This document shows positions 10,982 to 24,510 of a DNA stretch of 64,000 nt, piece by piece. Source of the DNA: Octopus sinensis (Eukaryota); assembly GCF_006345805.1 (NCBI RefSeq), contig NC_043000.1:150722001-150786000 (forward strand), in the 5' to 3' direction. The translations under genes were made by a program, and so were the position numbers. Below the pieces are notes generated by a model. The model saw only the letters and a program-made list of their open reading frames with translations, searched no databases and had not been told where the DNA came from. The first letter of the stretch is position 1. Each line of letters opens with the position of its first letter.

Positions 10982-12846
10982 TTAAACCAACATTTGGAAC
11001 ATAAATGTTCTGACATAAAATGATGGAAGGTTTTTTTTTATATAAATAAAAACACTTCAAAGCAGTTGGTTTTATATCACAGAACCAGAGATGTCTCAGG
11101 CAGATTACCCCTTTCTCTAGTTATACTTGGCCCTAAAATCATTGTCAATTTATAATAATTTTCCCATACATCTTATGTTCAGTTTGTTGTCTTACACATA
11201 GTTTTTTTCAGACAAGTATGGTTCTGCTTGATAAATAAGTTTTCTTTTTTGGCAAAGTGTAACTTCCCAACCATAAATTAGGTAGGGGAAATTGTTAACT
11301 AGGCAAACAACAACAGCAAATAAAGTTGTGTGTCTTGTTCAGGGACATATTAAAATGTAGTAAAATTTGAACCTGTGATCATATGGTCACTTTTCTGGCA
11401 TTTTGGCCACAGAGCAGTTCTGTTTTACTTTCTCATTCCATTTCCAAAACAGTACTCTTGTTTCTGCTGCAGATATAATAGCTGATATGCAACATTTAAT
11501 TTACACTACACACACGTTTGTTATCACTGTTTTATCATCCATCTTCTACTGTTTGATAGCTTTTCAATTTTCATGTGATTTGTTCTTCAAATGTATCTTT
11601 TATATGGAATGATGATTTTTTTTTCATCATCAAAAGAAGTTTTCTTGATGAATTATATATCTTTAATATATTTCTCTATCAATTCATATTTTGATGGATG
11701 TATTTCTCTACTGTCTCAACATACATGAATCCTTTATATACTTCAAAACCAAATTACACTTCATCATATTATATTCACTTCCTTCATTATCAGATGTTGC
11801 CAATTTTTTTTTTATGTAGATTTTAATGTCATAAGGAATAATGTATCTAATCCTGTTAGATTTTATTCAAGAAAGTTTTGTCATAAGATGTTCCATTAAT
11901 TTCATTTGAAGAACTGAACTTGCATTATTAATTTGACTTCTATAACTTCTGAAGTCTACTTATCACTCCAAGACAGTTATTACCATTCATTGTAGTATTG
12001 TTATATTTACTGAAGCTTCTGTGTTCACTCTTTGAAGAAAGGCACTTTCCTCATTTCAGTTGCTTTACGTAATATCACAACTAAAATTTTAGTTGCCTTA
12101 GATATTTTCAGTTAGTTTAATGTGGGTCTGAGTTTCCAGATTTGAACTTCTCTTAAACATAAACCACACTCATTAAAACCCTGCAAAGAACATAAATCAT
12201 ATCTATACTGAGTTTTCCAAATGTACCTATGAGGTGATGTCTTTTACTTCAAAAGTTTAAAATTTTAGGATGTGAAATTATACACTCAGAAAGTAAATCA
12301 GAATAGTACCAATACATACCTTGGTTTTCTTCTAATTTAATATTTTCATTTATTTATGTATTAAAAATATTGTTTTTTTTCAAAATTCAAATGCACAATC
12401 AAAAACATATAAAAGAAAAAAGATAATGTAGGATATTCATGCTTTTTTTTACGTATATTATGAAATGGGAATAGATGAAAGCTCGTCTCACATTCAGATT
12501 ATTAGGAGTATATCTCTTACCTTACAGTGCTTGGTAAAAAGAGTAAGAATGGGATTTATTGAAGAATGATATTTTTTCTTTAATGGACTAGGGTCACTCA
12601 AAGATAATATTTGTATTTATTAGATGAGAAAGTATGGTTAGTTATATGAGATAAAAAGGAATATGTACTATATTTACTCCTAGCTGGTAACTATTTCGTT
12701 CTTTCTTGTCTCCTTCTGAAATGCTAATATTCTCATTTAGTACAAATGATGAATAATATTGTTTGTGAAAATAAGGGCTGAAACCGGTATGCAAAAGTAA
12801 TGTAACAAGTAGTAAAACAAAACAGAATATAACATGAAAGAAAATA

Positions 12847-12852
12847 TTTATT
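12847..12852 (-). promoter_or_regulatory. Candidate AATAAA polyadenylation signal for the GPCR
   Basis: TTTATT on the + strand, about 150 nt downstream of the GPCR stop. The motif is common in AT-rich DNA. Confidence 0.3.
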
Positions 12853-13000
12853 GAGTATCATTAAACATTTAACATTTATAATAGAAATTTAATGTTTACA
12901 AATTCTATGTGTGTGTGGGTGTGTGTGAAAGAGAGAGAGTGAGAGTGTGTGTGTGTGTGTGTGTATGCATACATGTGTGTGTGAGAGTATGAATATAAAT

Positions 13001-14215
13001 TCAAACTTGTGTTTGTGTAAATACTCTCGGCTTTGAGAAAGTGACCTTTTGCTTTTCTTTAAAAAAACTTGAATCAGGAACTTGAATGGGCTTACTTTCT
13101 TGAAAGTAGTGTTGCTCACTGAGAGGTCTCTCCATGCTTTGTTGCGAATAAAATGTACTGGATCTGGAGACCTTGTTACCACTGCATGTTTGAGTGAGGA
13201 AAACTTTTGTAGATTTCTTTGTCCAGATGTTGATACGTTTACAGAAATAAATGTATATGAATAGTTTTAAGCTGTGATATCCATACTGGAACATTTGACA
13301 AATTGCGTCAGCTAGTTTAAGTTTAGCACCAAGATTTTGTGTATATGGCAGGAGTCCGTAAACAACACAATGATGAATTACTGTCAGGCCTACTTTAGGG
13401 AGTGTACATACAATGTAAATAATAGCTATGACTATAACAATATAGCACATTTCATGAAAAGATTCAATATCCATATAGTACTTCTTTAACACTGGTTCCA
13501 TACCTTTTGCACTGCTTATGTTTGCATGCAGAATCATAGCAATCATGGTTACTAGCAGACATATTACCAAGAGTGGAATAACATCTTTTATGAAGATGTC
13601 AAGGTAGTGCCATATCTGATCTTTGAAGACATCTGAAAGTTCATCCATATTGATGCATACTTTCCTCTGTAAGATGCTGGAGCCTTGTTTACTGACAAGT
13701 GCATGGGTCCAGAAGTAATGAATGTTAATTCCAATCAGCATGACTGTTATAAATAGAATGATAGCACGTGCATGTTCCCTGGTGCATGATTTGTATTTAA
13801 AAATTGGAGACTTTATAGAGATTAAACATTCTCCTGTGATAGCGACCACGAGCCAGGCGGAAAAATGGAAAATAAAATTGTAGAAAAATAGATAAACCTG
13901 GCACATTGCATCTGTGCTTGTCATAATAACTATGTTGAGATCAATGTTAGTGAGCTGTTTGTACCACCTGTTTCCACAGTCCAGATAGAGAATAAGTAGA
14001 TCGACGATAGCCAAAACACTGAGGTAAATACAGCTAGACCAGACTCGAGCACTCATTTTATGCATCATCACTAACGACATAATATTTCCAATCGTGCCAC
14101 ACAGCAGGAATATAGGATTTAGGTACTTGTACATTGTCTGTATGATGGTTTCCTCCATGCCCATTATATGACTGCTGTTTTTAGCAAACAGCAGTTCCTC
14201 TTTTAGAGTAGGCAT
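13001..14215 (-). CDS. Class A (rhodopsin-like) 7TM GPCR of the FMRFamide/peptide-receptor-like orphan type; single coding exon, 404 aa from MPTLKEE
   Basis: Uninterrupted 424-codon ORF with seven hydrophobic segments, TM1 GN (GTIGN), TM2 LAxxD (LAIVD), TM3 Cys and SAWLVVAIT, an ECL2 Cys, TM6 CTLP and an N-terminal NSS sequon. A strong - strand acceptor (tttactgttctattacatttcag) ends at 14233, so the track's upstream start at 14275 is probably intronic and the first exonic ATG is 14215. Confidence 0.9.
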   Translation of the reverse strand: MPTLKEELLFAKNSSHIMGMEETIIQTMYKYLNPIFLLCGTIGNIMSLVMMHKMSARVWSSCIYLSVLAIVDLLILYLDCGNRWYKQLTNIDLNIVIMTSTDAMCQVYLFFYNFIFHFSAWLVVAITGECLISIKSPIFKYKSCTREHARAIILFITVMLIGINIHYFWTHALVSKQGSSILQRKVCINMDELSDVFKDQIWHYLDIFIKDVIPLLVICLLVTMIAMILHANISSAKGMEPVLKKYYMDIESFHEMCYIVIVIAIIYIVCTLPKVGLTVIHHCVVYGLLPYTQNLGAKLKLADAICQMFQYGYHSLKLFIYIYFCKRINIWTKKSTKVFLTQTCSGNKVSRSSTFYSQQSMERPLSEQHYFQESKPIQVPDSSFFKEKQKVTFSKPRVFTQTQV

Positions 14216-14231
14216 GATTAAATATTTGGTA

Positions 14232-14256
14232 TCTGAAATGTAATAGAACAGTAAAT
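14232..14256 (-). other. Splice acceptor of the GPCR coding exon
   Basis: The - strand reads polypyrimidine tract + CAG|ATACC; the exon starts at 14232, 17 nt before the ATG. Confidence 0.6.
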
Positions 14257-15256
14257 TGGAGTAAAACTGCAACATATTGTATTAGAAATGCTTAAAGTTT
14301 TCAATATTATAAAAGAACATAAAGCACAGATAAACATAATTTTATCATATTTACTTGCCTGTATACTTGCCCTTTGAAAAAAAAGAAAAAAAAAAAGAAT
14401 TTAGTGAAAGTAAGTCTTGTAGCATCTTGTGTTATAGTGATACCACTGTGTCCACAACTGTGAACTGTATAATCTTGAGGTACAGATTTACAGCCAGATG
14501 GTCTGGATCATTGAGATGTAAGTGTCTTTAGCTGAATGAATTTTCACTGAAATTGCTTGAGCATAGACATGTAATATACAACAGATTAAAAATGTCTAGT
14601 TTTTACAGGTTACATTCAATAAATCAATAAAACCTGACAAAACTCAAAATCATGGCAAACATTTTAACATTGTTTTCTTCATGAAAATGTTTACTGCTTT
14701 CTTGTGAGACTATGGTTATGGAATTTCTGAATATTGATTTCTTTTGCTCAGAATTAATTTTTTTGGCTGGGCAATTATAGTTAGTTAACTCACATTACTT
14801 GTAGTAGTATAGGCAGCTGAACACATTAATCGTGTGTATAATACAAACCCTTGTGTGATTTGAACTCAGAACAGTTGGGAACCAAACTAACAGCAGTAAG
14901 CATCTAGTCTAGTGTTTGGTAGCATTGGTTATCCCTATTGCCAATGATATTTCTGAATATTAAAAGATGTAATTATGATTGTTTTTACTAGTCATTTATT
15001 TCATAAATAGGAATAATTTTAAGGTAACAATTTCCAAGTAGAGTATGAATGTTAATTTTTATAAATGACCCATAAATCTTTACTCTATAAGAATCCCCAT
15101 ATTTGAATATCTGAAGTTGAACAACTTCTAATGATAGCATCATTTCTACCTGTTAATTATTTTCTCATTATCAGAATGATTCTGCGCAGTTCTGCACTTA
15201 TTTTCATAAACCTTTAAGCCCAGTGGAAAAATATGCTTTGTTTACAAAATTACATG

Positions 15257-15290
<34 letters not shown>

Positions 15291-16207
15291 CGTGTGTAGT
15301 GTGTGTGCGCATGTGGGTGCATTTGCACAATCTTTTGAGGTCAGTTATACAAGCACAGGTTTGTCTAGTCTTTGTTACAAAAAGATATTAAGTCATATAA
15401 AGATATCATTAATTTTCTCCAAGAAATGTCTTGGGTGAGAGTAATATTCTTTCTAGTGAGACATGTTTTGTACAAAATTCTCATAATGATAATCTGTTAT
15501 AATTATAGATACAGGTGATGATACATGTTTATATAGTTGTTAGCCAAAATCATTGAAGTCTAAGGTATCACGATTGATTGAGTGGTCTAAAGCTGTTAAT
15601 AAATAAGAGATAAATTTGTCTATAAAGCAGCTGCTAGTTTATCTTAGATTAATATTCTAGATAGGTGTGTATCATCTTAGCAATTAGAGTGAGGTAAGAA
15701 ATGTAATCTGCCTCATCAAACAAAGCAACTTCAGTGTCTTTGGAGAATTTTTAACTCCTCTAAGCCGCATATTTGTAAGGTTATAAGAACTTGTACACAT
15801 TCTTCATACTTTTGGCACCTGTTATTACTTGAATCAGTAGGAAGTATATTATATTATGTTGTTTAACTTATTATAGGAAATAAATATTAGTTCCAAAATT
15901 CTGTATTAGATTACAAAGCTGTGATATATTTTATTTCAATTATTCCTCAAAGTGTGTAATTAATTGATTAAAATATTTGCTAAACCATTTATTTATTTAT
16001 TTCAAGCATAATGGAAATTAGTCAGTTAGACTTTAGTTTTGCTTGACTAATTGTATTCATTATCTCACATCATTAAGTAATTAGCATTATTAAATGTCAC
16101 TGTGACATTCTTGTCTTACTTTTGGTTTATCTCTGAGCTGGTGTTTAGTTGGATTAGAACTGGGAAATTCAGTTTACTTTATCAAACATGGATAGAAGAA
16201 TTATAAA

Positions 16208-16564
16208 CCAGATGCCAGCGCTGCCCCGACTGGCATCTGTGCCGGTGGCACATAAAAAGCACCATCCGAACGTGGCCGTTGCCAGCGCCGCCTTGGCTGG
16301 CTTCCGTGCCGGTGGCACGTTAACAGCACCAACCAATCGGGGCCGATGCCAGACTCCCCTGGCACCTGTGCCGGTGGTACGTAAAAAGCACCCACTACAC
16401 TCGCGGAGTAGTTGGCATTAGGAAGGGCATCCAGCTGTAGAAACTCTGCCAGATCAGACTGGAGCCTGGTGCAGCCCCTGGCTTCCCAGACCCCGGTCGA
16501 ACCGTCCAACCCATGCTAGCGCAGAAAACGGACGTTAAACGATGATGATGATGATGATGATGAT
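16208..16564 (+). mobile_element. 5'-truncated RTE 3' end (3 repeat units plus (GAT)n)
   Basis: Well-preserved, CpG-rich copy of the RTE 3' UTR. Confidence 0.82.
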
Positions 16565-16701
16565 TCAAGGTAGTCTTTACATGGAAATATTCATGGCTGC
16601 CTTTCAGTTGCATTTGTTTGGAAATTACTTCAAAATGGCAGAAATAAATTTACTCTTACAATACTTGGCCTCTTTGTGCTGACTTCCTAAATCTGTTTTA
16701 A

Positions 16702-16929
16702 CCCTTTAGCATTTAAACCAGCCATATCCAGCCAAAAATATTCCTATACATCACTGTTTTATGTTCAAACTGGCCAGATCTGGTCTCTCACACCAACCCT
16801 ACAATATTGTTTTAAAAATTAACAGCTACCTCATCAAAATCTCATAGCTACAAGATAATGCAAGATTAATTCAAAACAATGTGGATGAAAAAGGATTAAC
16901 TTTGGCAGAATAATGCGAACACTAAAGGG
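16702..16929. mobile_element. piggyBac-type MITE, family B
   Basis: TTAA|CCCTTTAG...CTAAAGGG|TTAA; interior homologous to 3912-4125. Confidence 0.8.
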
Positions 16930-17076
16930 TTAAAGTCTACAATAAGAGAAATGTGAAAAGAAAGTCGAATCACTCGAATTTTAAGTTGGTAATGCTTACT
17001 TTAAGGTTTATAGTTTTACCTATATAAATTTTCTGTAAAAGTGTCTGTACTTTTCTTGTACATGCATGTACACATG

Positions 17077-17113
<37 letters not shown>

Positions 17114-17964
17114 ATTGATTGTGTGTAGGAATTGTTAAATTTGCTGTGTTTGAATTCATCGACAGCATTTCAAATTATTCTAGGTAAGCTGATTGTGAAA
17201 TTGATACATTAATTCAATTGTAGGTATCTTCTTAACAACTACATCAGTGATTTAAATAATGGTGTCTTCTTTTTCTGATATGATTATGGTAGAACCATAG
17301 TGATTGGAGAGTATGAATAGGTGAACTCACTGAAAATAATTCTCATATGTTCAAAAGCTGTGTATTTAATAAATATCATAGAAATTAATTATTACAGTTT
17401 AAAGAATTGTCACACTAGTATTCTTGACTATGCAGATACCATTTGAAAAATCTGTCTACATTTCCTAATGAAGGCCTACTTTAGATTTCATAAATTCTAT
17501 AGAATCTTATTTTTGAATCATGAACATTTTTGTATTGTAACCAATTATGTTGTATTCAGATTAACTAATTTTAGCGAAATGGAAGTTAAGTTTAGTGACT
17601 TTACAAAGCATTATTTGGTTTTTCTAATAAATTAGACTATTGATGGAGTTATCAACATGAGACGTGTTTGAAATTTCTACATTGTAACAGGTGTGTTGAC
17701 TTCACCGAGCTGAACATAATTGTAAATATTCTCGTTTATTGATATTCGGTAAAAATTTTGTTTCATTTTGAGGGGATGCTATAGAAATCAGTATTCATTT
17801 CTAAAGAGCCTGTGTGTTTTAGGATTCACTCTTGTTTAACCACAAACATTATTCTAGCTTCTTGTTTGATTTTACAACTTAATTAATCATTGTTATAATG
17901 TATTAATTTATGAAAAGGTATTTTACTTGTTTATATACAGGTTTTGTATTTTAATCAAAATTGA

Positions 17965-18024
<60 letters not shown>
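17965..18024. repeat. (ATT)n microsatellite
   Basis: About 20 units. Confidence 0.95.
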
Positions 18025-18025
<1 letters not shown>

Positions 18026-18846
18026 TATAAATTCTAGTGTCATTGAGTGTATCAGTACATTGTGTTTTAGTATTTCTGTCTTTTAGTATTCTGATGGAAA
18101 TTTGTTTCTAGTTATAGATGAAGTGTACTGTGGCAAACTATCATTGTGTAATTCTTGTCTGTCTTCTCTGTAGAAGCAATTTTTCAATATTTGCCCAATG
18201 TCCTGAATAATATTTGTTGATAGAAAAAAAACCCAAACGAACAAACAAACAAAAGCTTGTTAAAATAGTTATAATACACAACTTTTTGACTGAAAAATTA
18301 TGCACACAGTATCGTCCCTGTCATTTAGCTCTCCTATTATACTTGACAACAATAAAGGTGACATCGTAAAGATAATATGTTCTTGTTAGAATACTGTATT
18401 TCCTGAAGTTTAACATTTAGCTTGGTGGTATGTTATGTCAAGATAGAATCCGTCCCTGTCATCTGATGAATGAGTGATGTATAAGAAATAACTTGTTAAA
18501 TTTACATATTTTATTTAAATTACTGCCCTTGTCATAGCCATTGTGTACTGAACTACCAGACAGATTGATGACATTATAAATATTTCCTAGACATTTTGCT
18601 GTGATACTTTCTAATTTGAAAGCTAAGGCTGTTTAATTATAAAGAGTTTGTTGTTGTTTAGCTCCAGATTAGCTCTCATTGAGTAGATTTCAGTGGTTCT
18701 CTGAACTTTCATGGGGGAAAAACATTTCCACAAAGTATTAACTGAGATTTAGAATTTCATGCAATATTAAATGTAAGTAAAAAAAAAAGATCTAAAATTT
18801 GTTATTATTCTCTAAGAAAGCATATTTAATTTTATGCTTTTAATAA

Positions 18847-19059
18847 TTTAGCATTTAAACTGACCATGTCCGGCCAAAGTATGCTTCCTGTTTTATGTTC
18901 AAACTGCCCTGATCTAACTTCTCACACCTAACCTACAATGCCATTCTAAAAGCAAGATATTAACACCATCCAAATTTTAAAATTATGGAACATGATTAAT
19001 TCAAAACAATATGAATAAATGAACTTCACATATGACAGAGTAATTTGAACGCTAAAGGG
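18847..19059. mobile_element. piggyBac-type MITE, family B, left end eroded
   Basis: Right end GCTAAAGGG|TTAA intact; interior homologous to 16702-16929. Confidence 0.7.
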
Positions 19060-19521
19060 TTAAACACATTTTGAGGAGATGTGCCTGAAAAGGTTCACCA
19101 GACATCGAGTGGGTGAGTGTGGTGGTGGTGGTGGTGGTGGTAATGGTAGTGGTGGTGGTGGGGGCATGGCACGAATAAAAGATGTTAAGAGCTCTAGGTT
19201 GACTCACTGTTCATTTCTCTACTTGGTTCAATCAGTTTATGTAGAAGCAGGAAAGGTTTCCTGTTGGGAGTAATTAACTTTTGGAATGAACATTGGTTGC
19301 AAAATCTATGCATCCATTTTTACTACATTTTTAAATATAATTTTTTTTCTGTACTAGATTTGAAAAAAATTTAAACAAAAATAGCCTCCTTTGTTAAACA
19401 AAATCTTATTTTCATACTGTGTGAACAGTTAAAACATTTAAAGGCAAAATATTTTTTTTCTTGGTTTTAGACTGTGAAGTTGTAATAATTTCTTATTTTC
19501 GTTTGTGTGTGTGTATGTATG

Positions 19522-19552
<31 letters not shown>

Positions 19553-20089
19553 TGTGTGTGTGTGTGTGTTTGCACGTGTGTGCATGTGTGTTGAAAGGAA
19601 GATGGAGGAGAAATGACTTTAAAGCATTTGAATTCACATTTTAATGAAAGATGTTATTGCAACAACCATATATTAAATAGTTTGTGTTTACATGTATGAA
19701 GTGTGTAGCGTGTGCACCCACACGTGCACTGATTGTTGTTGGCTGTCGTAATTGTTCAGTAAGAGGTATCAGCAGCCTGGTGTTAGTTCTCTGACAGTTC
19801 TGTCTCACTTCCATAGTTTTGTGCATTCAGAAAACACAAAAGCAATGTCAGAATTGCCACGTCTTCCAAATCCCCTTCCTATTTTCATTATGAAATCAAT
19901 GAAACTGATCACCACTTGGTGAGTGGCTTCATTATTTCAAGAAATATATTCTTAATCTTGGGAAATAGATTATCATGATGTACAATTATCTAGACACAAA
20001 ATCTGCACACAATAGCGCATGCACATGTGCACACAAACACACACACGGTTATGTGTCTGTGTATGCAGTCACACATGCATGAGCATGTG

Positions 20090-20122
<33 letters not shown>

Positions 20123-21329
20123 ATGCATTTATGTAAATGTGATACTTGTTAGTGACTGTCAAGTGGAATGGCAAGATGTTTTCAAGAAAATTGAGAACAA
20201 ATCCTTGCAGAGATTAATAATCTGTGAAGAGGATAACCTTATCTTTCAGGCAGTAGTCAGCTGTGGGTACATGTAATCAAATTGACCATCTATTCATAAT
20301 TTCTTGAGATAAATTATTTTTTTCCTTGAGATTTGCTAACAATTGCCAATGGATTCAGTGTTTTCTGTTTCTAACTCAGACAGACATTTCAGTAAACTAA
20401 GAATTCACCATGTATGATGATCACCCTCCCCCAATTTAATCATCCAAATTCATGCCTTTGATTGCTTTCAAGGATTTTTTTTCATAGCTATTTACAATTC
20501 TAATTATTCTGTTTATCCTTTTTCAAAAATGTACTAAACCAGCTAATTTTTTTTTAAACTGGCCAGTTCTGACCTCTGACACCTATCCTACTATGTCATT
20601 CTAAAAATTAAGTCACACTTTTAAAACCTCAAAGCTACAAGATAATGCATGATTGAGTTAAAGCAATGTGATTAAATGAGCACCACATGTGACAGAGTAA
20701 TTTGAATGCAATAGGGTTAAACATACAAAAATAGGGATCTGTAAGTAAGGTAACCTGTACTATGTTGGTGTGGTCATAAAAAGGAACAACGCATATACTA
20801 TAGTTATCCTCTATATGTAAAAGTAACAGAATAAAAGTATAGATAACTTACACTATAAAATTTTCAAATTTTATTCACTTCACCTGTGTATTTATGTAAT
20901 TTTCCATTATGGCCAAATTGCCATTATTTTGAAAAGTAATTGCCTAATTAGCCTTCTGCATTTTGGGTCCACATTTAACTTTCGTGTAGCATTGTAATTC
21001 AAACACAAGCATCATACAATCTACTCTTTATTCTGAGGAAGAAGCCCTTTATTGCTAGAAGAGGTGACAGTTCCCTTAACTTATGGCTCCTATAGTTTTG
21101 GAACAACCTCCTCTATGTCTAATTATGTCACCCAGGTAACATATCCTTTCAACTACTTTTAGTGAGCCATCCAGACATTTTGGAGAATTTATTTCTAACG
21201 TGCTCTGAGTTTCTATTTCTCCGGTACATCTGCTACATACAAAACCTATTTTCTTTGTCAGCCTGCTTGTTATTCCACATCATTTGTGCTTCCATAACTG
21301 TAACTGGGTATAGCATATAGAATTCCTAC

Positions 21330-21580
21330 CTATGTTTTTTTTGCATATTTAGGGTCCTATTGTCTTTCCTGCTTTCAACAGTCTTAGTATTTACTAAGTT
21401 TACTGTGAGGTTCTTTGATTCTAGGTTTTATTTTCATGTCTGGAATTTCTTTAATTCTACTTTAGATTCAGCCATAAGAGCTGGGTCATCAGCCTAAATT
21501 AGCTTTCATGGACAGCTGATCTTGACCTCATCCATAGTGGCTTATGGGAGTATGATGAATAGGAGAGAGCTGATATAATA
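21330..21580 (-). mobile_element. Degraded RTE RT fragment
   Basis: The - strand remnant ADDPALMAESKVELKKF...LESKNLTVN parallels the better copy at 42573-43046. Confidence 0.5.
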
Positions 21581-21756
21581 TAATATCATCATCATCATCA
21601 TCGTCATTGCTTTAACATCAACTTTTCCATGTTTGCATGTGTCAGATGAGAGTTTGGGTCAGGCAGAATTTTCTTTAGTTAGTTGTTCCTGGTACCAACC
21701 TTATCTATCCTTAAATCCTTAAAAATGTTTTAGCCTGAAGGCCGTCACATTATATA

Positions 21757-22033
21757 TCATCATCATCATCATCATCGTTTAGCGTCCGCTTTCCATGCTG
21801 GCATGGGTTGGACGGTGCAACTGGGGTCTGGGAAGCCAGAAGGCTGCACCAGGCCCAGTCTGATCTGGCAGTGTTTCTACAGCTGGATGCCCTTCCTAAC
21901 ACCAACTACTCCATGAGTGTAGTGGGTGCTTTTTACATGCCACCTGCACAGGTGCCAGACAAGTCTGGCAAAGGGCCACGGTCGGATGATGCTTTTTACG
22001 TGCCACCGGCACGGGGGCCAGTCAGGGCGGCAC
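21757..22033 (-). mobile_element. 5'-truncated RTE 3' end
   Basis: (CAT)n + gtttagcgtccgctttccatgctggcatgg followed by repeat units. Confidence 0.8.
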
Positions 22034-23533
22034 ATCCGTTATATTATATCACATACACAGAGGCACAATATGGCTGAATGGTTAAGATGTTTGCGTCATA
22101 ACTACAAGTTCCTAGGTTCAATCTCACTGTATGCCTTCTTGAACAAACATAATTTTATTGAATGAAGCCTTGGGTCAACTTATACCTTATGAGTGAAATT
22201 GGGCAGAGAGGAAACTGTATAGAAGCTTGTGTAGAAACTTGTTTATTATTGTCTCTGTGTGAGGGTCGGTCATACGGAGACATGTGTCTGCGAAATGTAC
22301 AAGCACCCAGTCTTCTGGTGTAGTAATCCTGAATGGAGGGTGACTCAGAGTGTGTCAGCCTGTCTAACCAATGCCAATTTAGAAAGTGAAAGTAAAATGA
22401 CGACAAATTACACACACACTCACACACACACAAAGAGAAATAAACATGTTGGTGGAAGAAGGTTGTAATATCCACAGTGAAGAGAGAAAACGAATAACAT
22501 CTTATAACTAGATATACATACAATCTCTCTCTCTCTCTCTCACACACACACGTGTGTGTGGAGTGTGTATGTGAATATTATTATACATTATAGTACATTA
22601 TAGACATTTGATGACATAGATGTTGGACACTTAGATGATAGCAGAGTAATATCATAAGATAATAGAGATGTAATAGTCACTTTCTGAGAGTTGAAATTCA
22701 CAAAAACGTCTTTTGCAGATGACAATCGCTTGTATCAAGGTGCATGCATGAAATCATGTGAAATTTTTTTCAAAATATAATTTTTGATCATTAAATAAAT
22801 AAATAAATAAATAAATAGATGAATAAGTGAATGAATTTTTTGTGGTCACCTTCATCCTACTACCTCGTCCCCATTTCTAATATCTATAATATTATTCCCC
22901 TTCAATCAATGCATGCAGTACTACACGGTGGATTGAAATCGAAGATGTAATCTCTAATACACTCAACAGTAATATTATTTGTGAGACAAGTGAGTGAAAA
23001 ACTATGAAATCAAATCAAGGAAGTAATCTATTATTGTACAACATTTATCCTATATTAAATGCAATTTCAAAAGAAATTGTTTTCTATGCTACTCTATAAA
23101 CTCGGAGCAATCTTATAGTTTTTCAAATTAGACACGGAAATTCCTTGGGCACTGCTACCTATATTTCTCTCTCACTGTCTTTCCTCCTTCTCTCTCTCTT
23201 TCTGTGCGTGTGTGTGTGCACGCACACGCACATATATGTATATATGCATGCACATATGTGTGCACATATATATATATGTATATACACACATATGATGCTA
23301 TATTTGAAATAAAAGAGAGGGAGGGTGTCTGCGGGGAATGAAAAATCTAATGTATACTTGAACATAAAATTTCGTGTGTGTGTATGTATGCTTGCGTGTG
23401 TGTACATATAAATTAGTATACATGTATATAAATTTACTATATTAAAAAAAAACCCAAAAACTGGCACTCCATCTGTTATGATGATGAGAGTTCCAGTTCA
23501 TCTGATCAATGGAATAGCTTGCTTGTGACTGAG

Positions 23534-23581
<48 letters not shown>

Positions 23582-24240
23582 CACATACAGGGTTGGCCAA
23601 AAGTCACCTAAGAGTAAATCAAAACCATTTAATTCCAACTGAATGAGACTTCATTAATAAACAGACAAATGTTGAAAAAACGGTGATGTTTAACCCACAC
23701 ACACACACACACACATACACATGCACACACACACACACACACGCACACTCAAACACAAACAAATAAAGGAGTAAATATATTGGCATGTATATAGAATAGC
23801 TTCCTTCTATCTTCGTCATGTTACCTTGAATATATTTACCTCTTTCGGAATACTAAGTACCCCAGTTACTCCCCCCTTTATCAAACATCCTCTCATCACA
23901 CTCATTCATACCTACATTACTCATACCCCTCAGCTTGTAAAGAGGTTGGTGAACAAGCAGGGGCATAAGGTTGTGAGGTTTCTTTAGTCATGTTAAAGAT
24001 ATGGCTATGTTTTTTTTTAACACTGGTATCAAGAAAAATGCACCCACTACACTGAATTGTGCTGTTGTGAGGACTCTTTGGACCTTTCAAGAACATGATA
24101 CCTTTTTAATGTGGGTGCTATTAAAAAACTCAGTAGTGTTAACGAAGACTCTAGAGATTGTCTTGTTCCCAGCAAGACTGAAGAATCCGCTCAACTACCT
24201 GATTTACCAACTACTTTACACGCTGTAAAACCACAATGTC

Positions 24241-24510
24241 ATGTAAAAAGCACTGGTGCTTGTATCATGTAAAAAGCACTGGTTCTGGTACCATGTAAAA
24301 AGCACCAATGCTGGTGCCACATAAGAAGCACCAATGCTGGTACCATGTAAAAAGCACTGGTGCTGGTACCATGTAAAAAGCACTGGTGCTGATGCCACAT
24401 AAAAAGCATTGGGGATAATGCCATGTAAAAAAACACTGGTGATAGTCCCATGTAAAAGGTGCTGGTTCTGGTATTACAGAAAAAGTATTGGTGATGGTGC
24501 TATGTAAAAA
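24241..24510 (+). repeat. 26-bp minisatellite (about 10 units, consensus ATGTAAAAAGCACTGGTGCTGGTACC) inside a degraded RTE 3' end
   Basis: Units start at 24241, 24267, 24293, 24319, 24345, 24371, 24397, 24423, 24450, 24476 and 24502; a degraded RTE tail follows, ending about 24604. Confidence 0.85.

Noticed and set aside
9900-12400. Strongly strand-biased, coding-looking DNA on the - strand downstream of the GPCR
   Set aside because: Stops in all frames and no recognisable protein motif; could be an ancient TE or UTR but cannot be assigned.
14216-14275. The 20 extra N-terminal codons in the 424-aa ORF call (non-ATG start at 14275)
   Set aside because: Most of this segment overlaps a polypyrimidine tract and CAG acceptor, so it is probably intronic.
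19817-19918. AG...GTGAGT-bounded segment encoding FVHSENTKAMSELPRLP, as a possible next RELCH exon
   Set aside because: The phase is incompatible with the upstream phase-1 donor (the compatible frame hits a stop), and there is no real similarity to the expected RELCH sequence.
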